In this document: piece by piece, positions 61,004 through 64,000 of the stretch | How the letters are laid out: each line of letters opens with the position of its first letter | How positions within the stretch are numbered: the stretch's first letter is position 1 | IMG/VR virus record: IMGVR_UViG_3300027708_000013 | Length of the DNA stretch: 64,000 nt | From: a virus | Taxonomy: Duplodnaviria; Caudoviricetes | Reading direction: 5' to 3' (one strand) | The notes under the pieces: model-generated | The model's database searches: none | Told to the model about the DNA's origin: nothing | The model's input: the letters and a program-made list of their open reading frames with translations, nothing else | Translations under genes and position numbers: made by a program

Positions 61004-64000
61004 TCAAGCACCGGCAGCGCCAGTGGTTGGATTAACCAAACGTATTGGAATATAGATAAACTCAATGGCTTTGGTAGGTGCTATTGCAATGTCAATATAC
61101 AATTGATTATTGGCAATAGTATCCGGTGTATTGTTGCTGGTATCACACACTACAACATAGTCATAGATGCCACGTTTGCTTACCAAGTCATTCAATGCAC
61201 CAGATATCACTGCACCAACTTGATCTCTAGTCATTTTGTCATTGGGCTCAAACAAGAAACCGTATGTTGCTCGGGCCAACAATGTACGAACATAGTTTAC
61301 CAAACGGCTCACGTTTACACGATCCATTGCTTCTGTGATCGGATCACGTGTTTTTTGGCCCCAAACACAGATACCAGTTCCTGGTAAAATTGTAATTGGA
61401 TTGATATTGGTCTGATACAATGCATCACGCAGGCCTTGATTTATACCCGTGCGTTGGAATTCGCCTGTTGTGTAGTTGATATAACCCAAATCACTTGCGT
61501 TATCAACCAACCCTCTACGCAGACCAGCCGGAGCAAACCATGGATAACTTAAATTATCGCTGTGCAAGAATGTACGCAAAGCCATATGACTTGAAGGCAC
61601 CATGATGCTGTTGCCCGACAAATCTGTGCTCAATCCACTTGGATAATAAACAGCCAAGTAAGGATCGTTTGTAGTTAATCCTGTACCATTGGCATTTGTA
61701 CTCCAATTGGTCAAGTCAACCACGTTGGTACTTAAATTCATTGGTGTGTCGCCAATGACAAATGCTGTGTTGGCACGGTCATTGTTCAATGCGATCATGT
61801 TGTCTATCAACTCTGGATATCCTGGAGCTGCTATCAAACTGAATGCAAACTGATCTTCACGTATCTGTGTATTGCTGTCTATAGCACTTTGCATTGCCGC
61901 TACAACAACTTGACGTTGTGCATAGTGGCCAGCATACGGGCTTCCGTCATTTTTCAAACCACTGGATGAGACCCAAGCACTGTTTTGCAACGGTGTCCAA
62001 TAACTGGTGTTGGTTGGTGCATTGCCTGTGGTGCTGGCTGTGGCAACATAAACTGTTGAACCGTAGTATGCCTTGTCACCAGCAACGTATGTAACGGCTG
62101 AGCTGTAAGTTGCAATACTGAATGATGAGGCATTAAAATAATCAGCAATATAACGCTTGACATTGTATCCTGAACGACGTGTGTTAAACAACAACATACC
62201 ACGTGGATATAATTGTGGATTAGGTGCATCTAAATCAGTATAACTGCTTGTTAATAAATCTGTTGTTGATGTTACCGTGTCAATCGCTGGATCTGTAGTA
62301 CCTGTACTATCCCATCTTGCATCGGCAAATAAGATACCGTTCACAGTGATTTGATCTGTCTTGTCAATACTGACCCATGTGCTACCATTCCATCTAGATA
62401 AATTTGGATAATTTTCCAAGTCACTGGTGTTTAACCACAAATCACCTGCGGCCAATGCTGTAATACCGTCGGCTTGTGTTGAGGGTGTAGCAGCCGTTGC
62501 AATAACACCTGTGGCATCTGTGGCAGTTAAATTGTAACCACGTGCATCTGCTGCCAAAGTTCGGTATCCAACCCATGCTGTACCTGTGTTGATCATGATG
62601 TCAACTGTGGTTGGATCACTGTAATACCAGTGTGTGCCATCAACAGGTTCTGCCGAGGGTTGTGTAATACTGTAAGTGTAAGTCATTGGGGTAAAGCCTG
62701 ATAACATACGATTGACATTTGAACTGTCTGTGCCACCAATACTTCTTACACCTGTAACTGCACTGGTAAATCCAGCCAGATACGGAAAGTTTGGTTGACC
62801 GGCAATTTTAGTTAATAAAATACTACCACCCGCCAAGTGATTTATTGTAATCACACCAGTAGTGGTATTGTAAGAAGCTGTAACGTTTGGTATGTTGGCT
62901 GATAATATACCACTAACAAAACTAGCACTGCTGGCTGCTGACACTGTGATAGTGTAAGCCACACCACTTAGTTCTGGGTTGTATGTGTTGTATCCTGGCT
63001 GTGTTGCATACAAGCTAAAAGTACCTGTGCTTGCACCAAACGCAGGAACTGCACCACTGACACTCAATGGGCCGCTCAGTGTTCTTACATAAGGAGTAAA
63101 CGATGCTGCACTTAGATTGTTAGTGTTGCCATCGTAAGTGTTGGCATCTTGGTATACAAATACTGTGCCTGCGGTAATATTACTTCCGCCGCCAATATCT
63201 AAATCATAAATGGCTTGTGCTTCACTACTGGCCACATCAACTGCCTGTGTGGTCCATGTATCAGTAGTGGCATTGTATTTCTTAATAACAAAGTTTGATC
63301 CGCCGCCAACAGCACCTGTTTTTAACCAAACAGATCCGTTGCTTCTTGGATATGTGTCTGTGGTAGTCCAGGCCGGTATGCTGGCAAAATTACCGTACTG
63401 GATACTTGGGCTACGTATGGTGGTTGTTTGACCACTTGCGCCACCGCCATTCCATTTTGACGAAGCAATGATACCTGACTGAACCAACAATGACCTAATA
63501 GCACTTGGGCTATAATCAACAATTTTTAATAATCCGTCGGGGTTAGTTCCATTACTACGGGCGGCGTTGGTAGAGAACAAACATAATTTATTGTTTCTCA
63601 CAGCAGCCGTAACACCAGTGATTGCAGCACTATTGATACTGCTGGCCACTGTGGTTACATTGCTGGCTGTCACTGTAACGTTACTGGAGTTAATTTGAAT
63701 AATTGTGGAAGTATTACCTAAAAACGTCGGACTCGACACAGTACCTGTCACTGTTGGTACATCTGCTTGCCATTGAGTTGAACCCAATAACTTCCATGCA
63801 TTGTCTGTACCTTTGTAAAACACTCTGTTGTTTGTTGTAGTTGCAACCACAGCGTAAGTACCAATACTACCAATACTGCCGAGTGGAGTAGATTCATCGG
63901 TCAATGTAATATTACCATATGTTCCCACTGTGGGGCTACTGGTTGTTAAACTGGCATTTGAAGTGATCACTGTGGGTACATAGTTGGTAAATGACTGTGT
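61004..64000 (-). CDS. Contractile tail sheath protein (gp18-like), 5' end beyond the window
   Basis: C-terminal sheath motifs WFAPAG.RRG, LY...INPI, WGQKT, RVNVSRL, FLFEPND, P.KA.EFIYI; the frame stays open to 64000. Confidence 0.9.
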   Translation of the reverse strand, partial: TQSFTNYVPTVITSNASLTTSSPTVGTYGNITLTDESTPLGSIGSIGTYAVVATTTNNRVFYKGTDNAWKLLGSTQWQADVPTVTGTVSSPTFLGNTSTIIQINSSNVTVTASNVTTVASSINSAAITGVTAAVRNNKLCLFSTNAARSNGTNPDGLLKIVDYSPSAIRSLLVQSGIIASSKWNGGGASGQTTTIRSPSIQYGNFASIPAWTTTDTYPRSNGSVWLKTGAVGGGSNFVIKKYNATTDTWTTQAVDVASSEAQAIYDLDIGGGSNITAGTVFVYQDANTYDGNTNNLSAASFTPYVRTLSGPLSVSGAVPAFGASTGTFSLYATQPGYNTYNPELSGVAYTITVSAASSASFVSGILSANIPNVTASYNTTTGVITINHLAGGSILLTKIAGQPNFPYLAGFTSAVTGVRSIGGTDSSNVNRMLSGFTPMTYTYSITQPSAEPVDGTHWYYSDPTTVDIMINTGTAWVGYRTLAADARGYNLTATDATGVIATAATPSTQADGITALAAGDLWLNTSDLENYPNLSRWNGSTWVSIDKTDQITVNGILFADARWDSTGTTDPAIDTVTSTTDLLTSSYTDLDAPNPQLYPRGMLLFNTRRSGYNVKRYIADYFNASSFSIATYSSAVTYVAGDKAYYGSTVYVATASTTGNAPTNTSYWTPLQNSAWVSSSGLKNDGSPYAGHYAQRQVVVAAMQSAIDSNTQIREDQFAFSLIAAPGYPELIDNMIALNNDRANTAFVIGDTPMNLSTNVVDLTNWSTNANGTGLTTNDPYLAVYYPSGLSTDLSGNSIMVPSSHMALRTFLHSDNLSYPWFAPAGLRRGLVDNASDLGYINYTTGEFQRTGINQGLRDALYQTNINPITILPGTGICVWGQKTRDPITEAMDRVNVSRLVNYVRTLLARATYGFLFEPNDKMTRDQVGAVISGALNDLVSKRGIYDYVVVCDTSNNTPDTIANNQLYIDIAIAPTKAIEFIYIPIRLVNPTTGAAGA

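Overview
This window is part of a large T4-like (myovirus-type) bacteriophage genome, mostly coded on the minus strand in the standard genetic code. From left to right it holds five blocks. (1) A replication/recombination block with a miniature DnaE-like polymerase, a gp62-like clamp loader subunit and UvsW. (2) An early region of small genes under near-consensus sigma70 promoters, followed by a groES-groEL operon. (3) A ~14 kb sugar-nucleotide/glycosyltransferase island, including an RfbH-type 3-dehydrase and two split transketolase-like pairs. (4) A ~5 kb array of 27 hand-folded tRNAs covering every amino acid except Phe, interleaved with at least eight unexplained structured RNAs and an RNA polymerase omega (RpoZ)-like gene, and flanked by three paralogous PP-loop proteins plus a Bug/TctC solute-binding protein and a methyltransferase. 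(5) Three radical SAM genes mixed with uvsY/uvsX/gp32, then terminase, head-internal proteins, head completion nuclease, tail tube and a truncated tail sheath. The most striking unexplained feature is at the 5' end of the tRNA array: a 45-codon leader ORF (36016-36153) that uses all 20 amino acids and ends inside an antiterminator stem that competes with an intrinsic terminator. This is the layout of a ribosome-coupled attenuator that could switch on the phage tRNA operon when host translation stalls at almost any codon. All calls come from motif reading and manual folding; no database searches were run.
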